Of a DNA stretch of 64,000 bases, positions 1 to 12,867 are shown in pieces (positions within the stretch are counted from its first letter, which is position 1; each line of letters opens with the position of its first letter). Made by a program: the position numbers and the translations under genes. This stretch comes from Gonapodya sp. JEL0774 (taxonomy: Eukaryota). The notes beneath the pieces were generated by a model, which was given only the letters and a program-made list of their open reading frames with translations, was not told where the DNA came from and ran no database searches. The stretch lies in NCBI GenBank assembly GCA_027604505.1, contig JADIIX010000070.1, forward strand, positions 1 to 64,000, written 5' to 3'.

Positions 1-1500
1 GCTGCCAGTACTACATTGTTTTTCTTGTCCCAAACACTTTGGAGTTCAATTTCAGTTGGACGTCCTTCCTTCCCATTTAAGATCCCAAGCAAGCCTTGTA
101 CCTCGACCACTTAAACGTGGACCCCAGCCGACAGTTTGCACAATGTAACAGTACCTTATGGTTGTCAAATCCTTAAAAGAGAGCCTTTTCGAATACCTTC
201 CAGGAGGAGAGCCCTGGGAGGCCTTCTTATACATTGGTCTTGAAGGTAATCTCGATGTTCCACCAATGAGTCAGAACGACAAGTGAAGAAAAAAGAGGAG
301 GATAAGGAGCATTAGTAAACACGGCTGATGATCAATCAGAAGACAATGCCAGAGCTGTGCTCTGGGACTTAGGCTTATATGCTGTGTCAGCCTTCCCACC
401 CATGTTCCATGGTGGCTTGGCCACGGGCACTGTTGGCTCAATTCAGAGTGGGCCTCTGTTGTTGCCTTTTGTGAGGGCGGCTTTGGTGGTTTGTGCTTCC
501 TTTGCTGGTTATGGCGGGTAAGTGAGTCTGTCAGATGGGAACTCGACTGAGTCCACAGCTGCAACGATGGCAGAACAGGTGGCCCTCGGGGCCAAATGCA
601 CGCCTGACATTACTGACAAGGTCACAATAGTGGGTTGATGGGCCTGAAGTTGGTTCCAATCGTGGTTCAGGTGTCTTCGACATTTCAATGCCGGAATCAC
701 AAATGATGGTCACAATTGCGCTAGTGCCACGCAGCTTGTGTGGACAATCAGATGACGGAGGCGAGATGCCTGTCTGGGAGGGAATCAAGTGGGTGGTGGT
801 GGAGAAAACTTGGTGTTGGGAAATTTGAGTTTGCCACAAAAACTTCAAACTGTCCACAAATGAAAACCAGGACTCGGGGAGGGCTGCAAATCTCTCTACT
901 GCCTCTCCAAGGTGCAAGCAACACTTCACTGTTCCAGTAAGTGGTGCGTGCAGGCGGGAAGGTGACAGTAGCTCCTGGTTTGCGGTTTAGTGCAACAGTC
1001 CCTCTTGAAGAAGAGGGATGAGTGTTCAGTGTTATATGACAAACGTTACGCATATAGTGTGGACATATATTCGTATGATGGGTTACTTGGTAGGCACACC
1101 ACCCAATGAGACAGATTAAATCTTGGACTCTCAGCCTGCACTCTGATCAATTCCAACCCATCCCATCACATCCTGTCCCGGGACCCAGACTCGCAAAATT
1201 CACCAGTGGGGCTGTTACAGAGGATGTCCTCAGTGCTGTGACACTGCAAACAAATGCAATTACATTCTCAAGCAACGCATATGTTGCCCTCATACAAGGG
1301 TACTCCAAAATCATCGGAATAGACATATTCTGCTAGGACCCTTATGCATTGTTTGCTTCTGAGGAGGCTCTGCACATCCACTAAAATACCTTGTGGATAC
1401 CATCAAATCTCACACACATTCCTGGGTAAGGTTACACACAGTGCACAATGTAAAAGGTTACCTGGAGCACAAACAAAACCTTTTCCAGCAAATGATCATG
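1..1500. repeat. CpG-depleted, degenerate non-coding block; probable methylated/decayed repeat or transposon relic
   Basis: Only 4 CpG counted in 1081-1620 and none in 1321-1620, with abundant TG/CA, whereas CpG is common elsewhere in the window. No intact recognisable ORF. Confidence 0.35.
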
Positions 1501-1519
1501 ACCATCTCCTGCTCTGCAC

Positions 1520-3876
1520 TTAAGTGTAAAGCTTCTTGTCAATTACTGGTGGAATGGGTTGGATCTCTGTGCCAAGTTCCTGTTCAATCTTGTACAAGTT
1601 AACTGCACAACAGTGAGTATGTCAATCTCCCTCTCTCGCCATGAAAAGCAATAGATGAGCTCAAATAATAACTCACATCGGTCATCATATGTTATGAGAT
1701 TTATGGCAAGCCCCAAGTGCCCAAACCGTCCTGATCGGCCTATCCGATGAAGATATGTCTCGGCATTTTTGGGGAAGTCAAAGTTGATGACAACATTAAC
1801 GGCTTGGATGTCAATACCGCGGGTGAGGAGATCTGTGTGACACAAAAATAATTCTCACCCTCTAGGTACGACAAAGCATGTTTGAAAATCACCTTACCTG
1901 AGCATACTAAATTTCGGCATTTGCCTTGCCTGAAGTCATGGAATACACGGTTGCGGTGTGCCTGCACCATTTTTGCGTGGATATAGTAACTGACGCAAAT
2001 GAACAAACGGATACGTGGCAAAGTAATGGGACTCGTCAAAGTGAAAATATGGTCCCTGACAGACAACCGTCCGCATTACAAGTTCACCCACCACGAGTAA
2101 CCCAGCTCGGTAATCTTGCGTGCAAGAAGTTCGACACGGGAGGTGGAGTTGCAGAAAATTATGGATTGGTTGATTTGAAGCTTTGTAAGTAACAGTAGTT
2201 GCAGTCGCAAAATGCCCATGTTCAACGTTAGTAACACGCACAACTGCAAAACCGACTCAAATAACATACTTTGGAGAATAAGGTGTTGAGGCTGCAATTG
2301 TGACCCCAATGCAGGAACAAAAGACCCATCATATAAATGATGCATGAGTTACCAACACCTCGGAGCGCGGAGCGCGGACAGGCCTCCGCGTTCAAGAGTC
2401 TTCTGGTAGCCTCCTTCTCTCCCACCTCATCTTCAAAACTCACCAGTGAACCTTCTGTTTTTCATCCACGTAAGCGTAGTACTGTGTCACACCTTTCAAC
2501 GTCAACTCGTCCATCAAATTGATCTCGTACGGCTTGACTAAGAACCTATCCTTGAAGCTTTTTACAATCATGGGAAACGTGGCACTGTACAGCAAAATTT
2601 GACGTTGTTTGGGCAAGAATGCGATGAGTTGCTCGATGATGGGCTGGAATTCGGGAGAGAGAAGCTTGTCCGCTTCGTCCATGACCAGGATTGAGGCCGC
2701 GGAGAGGTTGGCGACGGATTTGGACGCGAGATCGAGGAGGCGTCCGGGGGTGCCTACAAGAATGTGTACTAGGATTCGTGGTTGGGGCGAAAGTCGAGGA
2801 GAGCAGGCGTTGAAGAGGAAGTAAGAGGAACGCCCCCGTCAACCCCCCATGCGTGAAACCACGGCACCAAAGTGCCTCGCTCCTGTTAGTTCCACACCCA
2901 AACGCCCACCCAAAGACTTCGGGTACTTCTAGAGTCCATCTGGATGTTCTCTGCCCTCTTCTCTATCTAGCATGTGTTGGCTACGGACTCACCAGTCTCC
3001 CCCAACCTCAAAATATCATCTTTGAGCGTTGTCCCTCCAGTGGTTACCATAACTTGCAGATTGGGAAGGTGTTTGCCCAAGGTTTTGGCGACTTGCGAGG
3101 TTTGCAACGCCAGCTCCCGGGTGGGGACAAGAATGACAGCTGAGACGCACGGTGGACAGAACGAAGTGGTCAGATGGATCGCAGGCGTGTACAGTCCACA
3201 CATCAAACAGTCTAAGTCAAGATTCGGACCAACTGATTTCCAGGCTCACCTTGAATTTTGTTTACTTTCGGGTTGACCTTCTCCAGAATCGGGATCGTAA
3301 AAGCAGCCGTCTTTCCAGTCCCGTTCTTTGCCCTCGCTAAGATATCCTTCCCCAATAAAGCGATGGGTATGGATTCCTCCTGAATGGGTGACGGTCTCTC
3401 GAACCCTGCCTCGAAGATTCCCATGAGGAGCTCGCGTTTGAGCTGATAGTCTTCGAACTCGTTGCCCTTCGTTTTGGTGACGTCTTCGGTTTTGATACGG
3501 GTGTCGGGTGCAGGGAGGTGCAGCTGCGCTTTCCAGTCTGGCGCGGGTTCGCTGGAGGGGAGTTGCATTCAATTACAAGTGCACCCCCATGTCATATATG
3601 ACGAGAAAGAATGGCATGCGATAAACAGAATAGGGCAAAACTGATGAATCGACGTCGCTCCTGACCAAATAAAGCTGCACTGAGTACCCGCCAAATTGCA
3701 CATGCACAGACCAACCGTGTTTGGTCCGCACGGGCGGAAAGACTGGTTCCATGCATTTACGTGCCGCCTCGCATTTGCGCCCACCCATCACCAAACAGCC
3801 AAACGTACCTAATGTGAGTGTTTTGCATCTGGTAGGCGAGGTTTGATGCCACTACTGTGGATGATGAGGATGCCAT
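1520..3876 (-). CDS. DHH1: DEAD-box RNA helicase Dhh1/DDX6 (multi-exon)
   Basis: Spliced motifs [73 protein letters not shown]. Last exon [27 protein letters not shown] (1602-1520). First exon [22 protein letters not shown] from ATG 3876. Confidence 0.97.
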
Positions 3877-5686
3877 TGCAGGAGGTTAAAGTGAATATCG
3901 TGGAAAAGATGCGAGTGCGAACGGCGTAAAGAGGCTGCTCAAAAGGTTTCAGGTGTTGTGGGTGTGTCTCGGGAAAGAGGCGGGGTAAAGAATGCAGGGT
4001 CGGCCGTGTGGAGCTGGCGAGACGTGAGGAGGAGAACGGCCAGAAAATGGAGAAATGGAGAAACGGAGGATAGATACAGCACGGAGCGTTGGGGGGTTGA
4101 AGTGCGATCAACAGAGAATGCAGTCACAGTGACTGTCCGTTGTTGCTGCAGTGAGGAGGGGAATGTCGACCGAAGCCGTCAGCGGTGTTGGCGAGGAAAT
4201 GTACAGATGGCGAGAGAAGGAGAATCAACAATGGCAGCGGAGGAAAAAAAGTGTCAGAGTGAGCCACCACGGTGCGAATCGTCGGGAACGGCGGGAACTT
4301 TAGCGACCCAAGGGCAACAAGGTGTTGGAACTCGTCGGTATTTGGAGGGGTCGAGGACAGAGACAGATTGCGGATTCGCGGCGGGGAAGAAGGAAAAGAA
4401 TTGAAGGGCGAAAGGTGATGTTTTCAGACACGCCCTCGGGCTGATAGGTATTCGAGTGTGGATGTTTCGAATGTTGGAAAGGGACGACGGGTGGTGACCA
4501 CTCTCGCGAGACACTGTGCACGAACAAGAAAATCGACAAAATGGGGGCTAGAAGATTATTCCAGAGAGTCCCAGATGATGTAGTCCTTCAGAGCAGTTGT
4601 CAATGAATGTAATCACATGAAAAGAACCATTGGTTGGATCACCAACACACAACAACTGCATGGAGAATAGGGACCGGTAACAATACCACAAAAGAGATTT
4701 CAAAGAAGTGTTGCACAGATTCGTGGTGGAACTGCAGTCTTGACACAATAATGCACTTGCTGGAATTCATGCATCGTGCGAACTGGGACGACAGTGCAAT
4801 GTAACGGTGCCAATGCGAACGCATTTATTCCTTTATTGCCAAGAGTAGCCGTAATGTGTAAAGATTTGACAGAGTTTGGCGAAGCGCGCGGCCTCAACCT
4901 GACTCCCGCAACGGTGGGGCGAGCGCGTTTACATCTATGATGTACAACACAACAGCTCCGCCCTGGCTCAGTCCTTTTCCGCAAGAACGGTCCCACAAGC
5001 GATGAGGAACGAAGACTTGTATCGTGGGTGTCTTCATTGCGTGTGTGTGCTCAATCAAGCACGACATCACGCCCCCTTCAGTTCTTGTTCTCGAGGAGGG
5101 TAAAGAACTCTGGGAGAGACTTGTCGGAACATACCTTTCCCCTTGGCCAGTATGCATTCCCAATGTACACGGTGTCACGTGCTGTGAGGGATGGTGATCA
5201 TGACGGACAGTTCGCAAAAAGCAACAATTCTCTCAACTGTGGGCACCGAGCCAGCTGCCGCCGAGCGACTCCCCAATCGGTCTATTTCATACGTGAAATG
5301 AGCAGGTCCAGTCACGTGGAAGGATTTGTTTGCCCGGTAAAGTACCTGAGCGGAGTTTCATCGCCAGCAGGCACTGGGGCCAATGTTAGTCATAAATTCT
5401 CATCAAGCAGGCGCTATCGCAGCATACAAATCATACTGAATGTGTATAATTGCGGTATACAAAGTATCATTGGGACTGAGTTGGTTTTTCATACCAACCC
5501 CCTGAAAACGTGGATGCGCCTGGGGCAGGTGGTCTGGCAGGTGCTGGTCCCGTGACCGACCACCCACGCACAGACACAACGCCCGCTGCACATTGAGCAC
5601 ACCTTTATTCCCAGCTTGAAATCCCGGATCCCCCGGCGAACTCGCTCGATTCCCCGGATTTGGAAAACTCGGAGTCGCCACCCAGA

Positions 5687-8600
5687 ATGGACTCTGGAAA
5701 CGCTGCCGGTCGGCCCCCGCGAGCTCGAGCACAATCCGGCGGGCGGAACTCCGGCCGGACGACGCCAGGAGCAGCGGCGAGGAGAGACGGAACTGGAATT
5801 GGAAATACCCCTGCGGCCGCGGCGGCAGCGTCTCCACCGAGCCCGCGAATCGGGCGAACCGCAACCGCTTTGCGTCCGCTGTCGCCGCACATGCCGTCTT
5901 CGCTTTCGTCGACTGTTCTTCTGACGCATTCCCACTCGTCACCAAACTTGAAAAGAGCGCGCTCGTCGGCGTCAGCCTCACGTCGATCGTCACCGGCTCC
6001 TGCTCTAGCTCCTCGTCGGTCTCTCCGTTTGGTGGGGGACATCAACTCTGCTCACAGCCGCGAATGGGACAGGAACCGAGACCGGGACCGAGAACGAGTG
6101 CGACATACGAGTGGTCGCCAACAGTCACCGCTGGCACCAGACTCCGGACTGTCTGACCCAAAAACAAAACATGGACCTGACCGCCGTCTCGACCGAAACC
6201 ACCGAGACCGTGTACCTACCACCTCCCCTTATCCTAATCCTCAACCAACCTCTCGCCCCAGACAGTCCTCCACGTCGTCGCTTACCTCGCCTTCCTCCTC
6301 GCACCGCAATGCACGGCAGCGCATTCACTCCTACGGAGCCTCGTCGTCCTCCCCAGCACCTACACCAGCACCAGCTGCACCTGCCCATGGACCTCGCACA
6401 TCCCGCACACAGTCTCGTTCTCCGGCAGACCGAATGGAGATCGACGTGGTATCGCTCTCGCACTCTGCTTCTGCACGAAATGCGGGCAGTGGTACCGGTC
6501 ACAACGGCGGCGGCGTGGCTGGTCTTTCATGGATTCTGGACTCGTCTCGAGCGGCTGGTCTTTCTGCTGCACACGCTAGAGTTGGCAGCGACACAGGGAG
6601 AATTTCTGGGTCCTCCCATGCAGTTGGCGGAATGGCGGGCGTTTCACGTAATCTCTCCCTCTCGTCTCCCTCACCCGCAACCACCAACATCGCATCGTCT
6701 ACTGTTCCGTCTGTGCTCGGCCTCCCTCGCCCCTCCACTGCCCACCTTTCCCGCCCAGAGTGGAACCTCGACCCGTCCGGTAGCAGGCGGGGTTCTTTAT
6801 CAACTTCCACCCCGAACGCCCATGACCACCTCGCGGCAAGATTGAGTGATCTAGGTTTTTTGTCGCCGGCCGGAAAACCACCGGCTGGTGCCCTGGCTCG
6901 TCCCACGGTGTCCATGCCCTCCTCCAGCGCCCAGCCTTCGGGTGCACCTGCTGACACTCACGCCGTCACTCCATTCGGATTCCGTCACATGAAGCCATCC
7001 TCCCTTTTCCACTCTCGGTCTGCGTCCAGCCCTCTCGTCCCTCCGTCGGCGTCTGCCATTTCCTCATCTGAACCGTCCCACCTCAGGAACACAGCAACAT
7101 CTGCAATCACCTCAACTGCGGGTCGCATGTCGAACCCCTCTGCCAATCCACCTTTGCCTCGCTATCCATCGATAGGTGGGGACTCCGCCTCGGGCTGCGA
7201 AGACCTGACGTATGAAGGCGAAACCTGCGAAGCTGAACGGATGGCAGTGGACCAACGAACGGAGAGCGGCGGCACGGGATATCATGGGCCAGGCGCTGAG
7301 CATATGGGAGCAACAAGAGGAGGGGTAGGGAATCGCGAGGATGGCCGTAAGTTGGCATCAGGTGCGATGCTCAAGAGGTTGACCGTTGGGTTACAAGATA
7401 CATACGGGGATATCAATCTGGTATGTTTAATCCTCCTCTCCTACCTGGCCTGCCTTTTAGTGAACGTCCCAACTGATGAGCGCGATTGCTTCCCTGCGGA
7501 ACCCTCCCCCCCCCCCCCGCTAAAAGCGCACATATGCATCCCGACCCCCCCTTGTACTCGAAGGACAACCCCCACCTACTTCCCCGCCAGTTCTCCGCCA
7601 CCCATCCTCTAATCCCTCTGCCAACTCCACGCCGGCTACCGTGTCAGACACTGTACCAACCCAGAATCCAACACGTTCCGCCGCCTTGGCGACCCACACC
7701 TCAGCCCTCCGGCACCAGCTCGCCTCGCTGTCCAAGTATAAGACCACTGGCCAACCGTACCCCTCCCCTGCCGGTGGAGCAGCTCGGTCCCGGCACCGCG
7801 CAATGGGTGACGCCGACGGTCTGGGTGACGGGCGGGACCGAACCGGTGTGGCGGGTGTGGATGCGCAGGGATTGTATGCGGGCAGGAAAGGTGAAATTCT
7901 GAACGAGAGATACAGGATCGTCAAGAGGCTTGGAGAAGGGTCCTTTGGCAGAGGTGAGATTCGAACACGTGTAGGCGGAACGCCCGCGAGACAGCTGATT
8001 TGGCTCTACATTCGCAAATCGTCTCGCCGGTAATTTTTATTACCGCACAGTCTTTGAAGCTCTCGACACGACCACTGGAGACCGTGTTGCAGTGAAGGTG
8101 ATGAAAACGGATCCACAATTCGTTTCCGCTGGTAAGGTAGAGGTCAGCATGCTCGAGTACATTATGAGAAAGGATCCCGGTGACTCGCATAATCTTGGTA
8201 AGTTTATCTTGCCGCCTTCGGCCTTTCTCGCCCCCTTAAGCCCTCATCCTCCGTCGCCACTCCAGTCCGTTATCACGCCTCGTTCTCCCACGGACCCCAC
8301 CTCTGCATCGTCTATGAACTCTTGCACGACAATCTTTACGACTATCACAAACGGCTTGGTCTCAAAGGTCTCCCTGTGGGTACTGTGCGTGGATGGGCAA
8401 AGGAGACGGTGGTTGCGTTGAAGTTTTTGGGCAGTAAGGATGTAGGCGTGATTCATTGCGATGTAAAGCCGGAAAAGTGAGTATTCTAGCAATCGATTTG
8501 AGAGGATAGATACCGGGGAGATGGCAAGACATAACTTTTGCTTGCTCCGTGAAACGCAGCATCCTTTTGCGGAGGAGTGATCATACCAAGATCAAACTGG

Positions 8601-9519
8601 CGGACTTCGGAAGCTCGGTGCTTTCTAACAACATCGTAAGTAGTGCAATCGTGACTCTGGCCGAGGTAATTCATTTTCTCAACCTGCTTTGTTCTCCTTC
8701 CAATGTTGTGCTACCTTGACTTCATTTGTTACTGTGACGTGCCCCTAGACTTCAAGTTACATACAATCTCGTTTCTACCGTGCTCCAGAGGTCATGCTCG
8801 GGTACTACTATACCTCTGCGGTGGACATGTGGAGTCTCGGTTGCGTTCTCGTTGAGCTGGTCACAGGGCAACCTCTCTTTGCAAGCCAGAGTGAGCTCGA
8901 CCAGCTACATCAGTTTCAGGCCGTGCTAGCACCCATTCCAAGTCACATTTTTGAGAATGCTCCCGGACCAAGATTAATGGGGGAGTGCGTGCGGAATGGA
9001 AGCGGCAAGCTCATATTGACCATGCCGACAACATCGCAGTACAGGGCAATTAAGACTCTCGCGGAAACTTTTGTGGACCTTGTGGAAAAGAAGTTGATCA
9101 GTATGGGGATCGACGAACGAGAAGCTGCGGTCGGAAGCAATAAGGGCTGGCGGAGTTGGTTCTGGAACATTGCGAGAAAGCACAAGCAGAACGTCCGAGC
9201 GGCTCACATGGAAAGTTTGGATGACAACGGGCCGAACGAGAACCAACAACCCTCGAAAGTGCCGGCGAATGATGAGAATCGGTCTCGAGGAACTGCAGCA
9301 GGTGTTGGAGCATTAGGTGGCACGACATTGGACGCCGAAACATTCCGAAATCTTGTGACGGAGTACGCGGGATTGTTCGACTTAGTGTCACGGATGTTGG
9401 ACTACATCCCGGAAAAGAGGATTAAACCCGCTGACGCTCTGAGGCACAGCTTTTTGACATCTTGGGCGTCGCAGGCGACCAATACAACTTTGAGTGCCCG
9501 TGAACTGTCTGGAGCATAG
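5687..9519 (+). CDS. DYRK-family dual-specificity kinase (DYRK1/minibrain-like) with long disordered N-terminus
   Basis: [38 protein letters not shown], activation loop [20 protein letters not shown]-terminal [16 protein letters not shown] motif. Several introns. Confidence 0.92.
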
Positions 9520-9881
9520 ATGTGATTAGCGATTCTTTGCTTTGCACAGCGTCGGAGGACCCTTAGTTCAGACTCATGGACTTTCGTTATGACCAGGTCC
9601 TTTCCTTTTAACGAAACCCTTCACGAAACCCTTCGCTACCAAGGTAGCGATATTTAATATCGCCATATTATTTTATTTCAAATGTTTAACCATAGTGAAC
9701 TGTCTGTCATAAAGCTGCTCTTCCATTATGTATAAAAGTAGTCGTTTCCATACATATCACAGCTACCACCGTTTTCTCCAGATTATTACGCTCAAGGTTT
9801 TGAAGAGAAATGTTCGGTGCGCTCGTTTGTGAAACCCCAGAATGTGCAGGCGGACACACGCAACCACCACGATTTTCCCAA

Positions 9882-12271
9882 ATGGTCGCCGCTACTCCGA
9901 CCAAGCCTGTGCCAGCGGTCACCAAAGATGTCCCCAAAAAGTCCACTGATCAGGACGTGGAAATGAAGCCGGTGGAGGAGGTAAAACCGGAGAAGACGGA
10001 GGCCGAGAAGGAAGCCGAAGCGGCGTCACTTGTTGTCGCGGGTATGTGGGATTTAGGAGTGGGGCTGGGAAAAGTTTGAAACGTTCTTTACACTGCTAAA
10101 TGAATCCTCGATTTCATTCGCTTGGTGGACTCCGCGGTTGCCTTTCTGATGGTCGTACCCGCCCAAACATAATCTGGAATGGCCCCTGTTCTAACGATTC
10201 ATTCCGCGAAATCTGACATGTTGATTCTGTAGACATCAAACAGAATCTTCTTCTACTTGAAAAAGCTGTCGCTACTGTTGAGACTCGGTTTACTACTCGT
10301 GCCCTCCGGAACACGGCAACATTCCGTCGTAAGCTCACTGGAGACGTGCTTAGAACTGCTTTGGAGGGCGCTTTAAAAGCTCCAGCTGGTAATTGATTGA
10401 ATTGTCATCGTAACTGGCCGAAATCGTCTCACGAACTTTGGGCGACGCTCGTACATGCGTGTCAGATGCCCAATCGCTGGTGTCTCTCATATCGTATCTC
10501 CCCCCGGTGAGTGGGGTGCCTGCAATCTGGGGCACTCACTTTTCTAGAAATGGAAGCCTTCGTCGTTGCTTATTACTATACTTATTGCGGTTACGATTCT
10601 TGTCAGGCCACCAAGTCAGTTCCAGTGGTCATGGATATCGATGGCGTTGCGCCTGCAGCTGATGGCGCGGCCTCCAAGGAATCCAAGGAGTCGGTGAAGC
10701 CTGCATTGCCGGAGGTCGAAGTGTACCTTGCGTTGCTCGTGATTCTGTTCCTGCACGACCAGAAATCGTACGACAAGGTTAGCTTTGCACGTAAAACGGT
10801 CGGCTATATTCTTTCGATGCTCATGAATACCTTATTATTACTCATAGGGTCTCACCCTCACGAAGGATTACGTTGAGAAAGTTGGGCAACTCAATCGGCG
10901 CACCCTGGATCAGGTGGCTGCGCGTATTTTTTTCTACTATGCCCGATTCCATGAGTTGAAGGACAAGCTGGCTGAAGCTAGATCGTGGGTTTCGTCTCGT
11001 GGCTGTGGGGGGAAACAACGAACCGTTGTTCTCACATGCTAGGCGTTCAACTCGTCCAATCTCCAGCACTCTGTTGGCAGCGCACCGGACTGCATCTTTG
11101 AGAAGGGATGACGACTGTCAAGCAACCCTTGTTAATCTTCTGCTTCGCAACTTCCTACACTATAATCTGTATGACCAGGCGGAGAAGCTCGTTTCAAAAG
11201 CCTCGTTCCCGGAAACAGCGAGCAACAATCAAGTGGGATGATCAATAATCGGCGCACAAAGGCGTTCATTGACAAAACATTCACTTAATTGCAGATCGCT
11301 CGTTACATGTACTACCTTGGACGTGTACGCGCCATTAACCTCGACTATACCTCCGCCAAAGCCCACCTCCAGCAAGCCATCCGCAAGGGTCCCACAGGTC
11401 CCAGTACTGCGGGGTTCTTGCAGGCTGCCAGTAAGCTGCTCGTTTGCGTGCAGCTTCTCATGGGTGAAATTCCTGAGAGGAGTGCTTTTGGGGGAGACTT
11501 GCTCCGGAAGAGTTTGGCGCCTTATCTTCAAGTAGCGCAAGGTACGTTATTGTCAATCTCTGCTAATCGTGAGCTCTTCGTTTATGGTGTGAGGTGTGCT
11601 TTCTGCGATTCTCCAGCCGTTCGGATTGGTGATCTCAGCAAGTTCAATGAAACCTTGCAGAAGTACGGCAAAGTCTTTAAAGCTGATCGCACCTACACCT
11701 TGATCCTCCGGTAAGTGGAGGTGCTTTCAGACACAACGAGTTCAATTGTTTCACACTTCTTGACTGACTGTTCAACAATTCTTAGTGTCCGGCACAACGT
11801 TATCAAGACGGGCATTCGTATGATCAGCTTGTCATATTCCAGGATCTCGCTGAAGGATATTTGCCTAAAACTGCAATTGGACAGCGAGGAGGACGCGGAG
11901 TACATCGTTGCTAAGGTGAGATTTGGGGGTCAGGGAAGTCCTCGCTCATGACGCTGAACAATTAATCTTGTGGATAGGCAATCCGAGACGGTGTCATTGA
12001 TGCGACACTCGACCACGAAAAGGGCTACATGAAATCGCGCGAGACTGCAGATTTGTATTCGACAAACGAGCCACAGTCCACTTTTGACCAAAGGATTGCA
12101 TTTTGTCTTGCGCTGCACAATGAGTCAGTCAAAGCTATGCGCTTCCCAGGCGATACTTATCGAAAAGAGCTTGGGAAGCTGGAAGAGATGGCGGAGGAAG
12201 AGAGGAAGTTGGTAAAGGAGATTGAAGAGGGTGAGATGGACTCAGACGATGCCATGGACGGGGACTTTTAA
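9882..12271 (+). CDS. RPN3: 26S proteasome lid subunit Rpn3/PSMD3
   Basis: [109 protein letters not shown]. Confidence 0.97.
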
Positions 12272-12867
12272 GTTTCTTGTACACAGGGAGGGCTTAGACG
12301 CATTGTCAAAACTGTTTAGCATCACGAAGTTTCGCGGGATTGCTGTCCTTGCACAATGAACACATTAAGCTAACTAAATTCAGAATTTTGCCTGGACAAT
12401 CTTCATGGCAACTCGACAGAATGCAGGATCTTTTATTTCCTTTGGAGCTCCAATTAGAGATTTCTCAACAGACGCGGCCTTCTCGTCCATCGGCCAGTTC
12501 ACTTCTTCCATCGCGGGCTCAATTTCATCAGGTGGAGGCTTGGGAGCCATATTAGATCCGGCTCCGATGATATTGAATTCTCTTCGAAAAAGTACAATGA
12601 TACGATCACTTGCGAACGTGAGATTGAGGTGACTCTTTGGTTGATCGAGGAAGTCCATTGTTAAAAGAGGTCTGCACAGTCGCTCCGATTGCAGTGGGAT
12701 GCATCATCGGGTGCAGCTTTCCCTAGATTCGAGAAGAACTCTCCCAAGGTAAACAAACAGACGGAGTTTGCGTGGATGTCGTCCCCATTTGCATAGGAAA
12801 CCACCCAACCTCATTTGACAGTTTTCCACCAGTTTGTGTCTCTTTCCAACCTCCTTCAGTCTTCATC

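Noticed and set aside
4900..5500. LRR-like fragment (LARCPQLRELLLFANCP, minus strand) between DHH1 and the kinase
   Set aside because: A single short motif among stops; too weak to call.
5403..7358. Long antisense and alternate-frame ORFs over the kinase N-terminus and other GC-rich exons
   Set aside because: Shadow ORFs expected from GC-rich, low-complexity coding sequence; no recognisable domains.
7503..7518. Poly-C run appearing to frameshift the kinase
   Set aside because: It lies inside an intron (7421-7526); splicing restores the frame.
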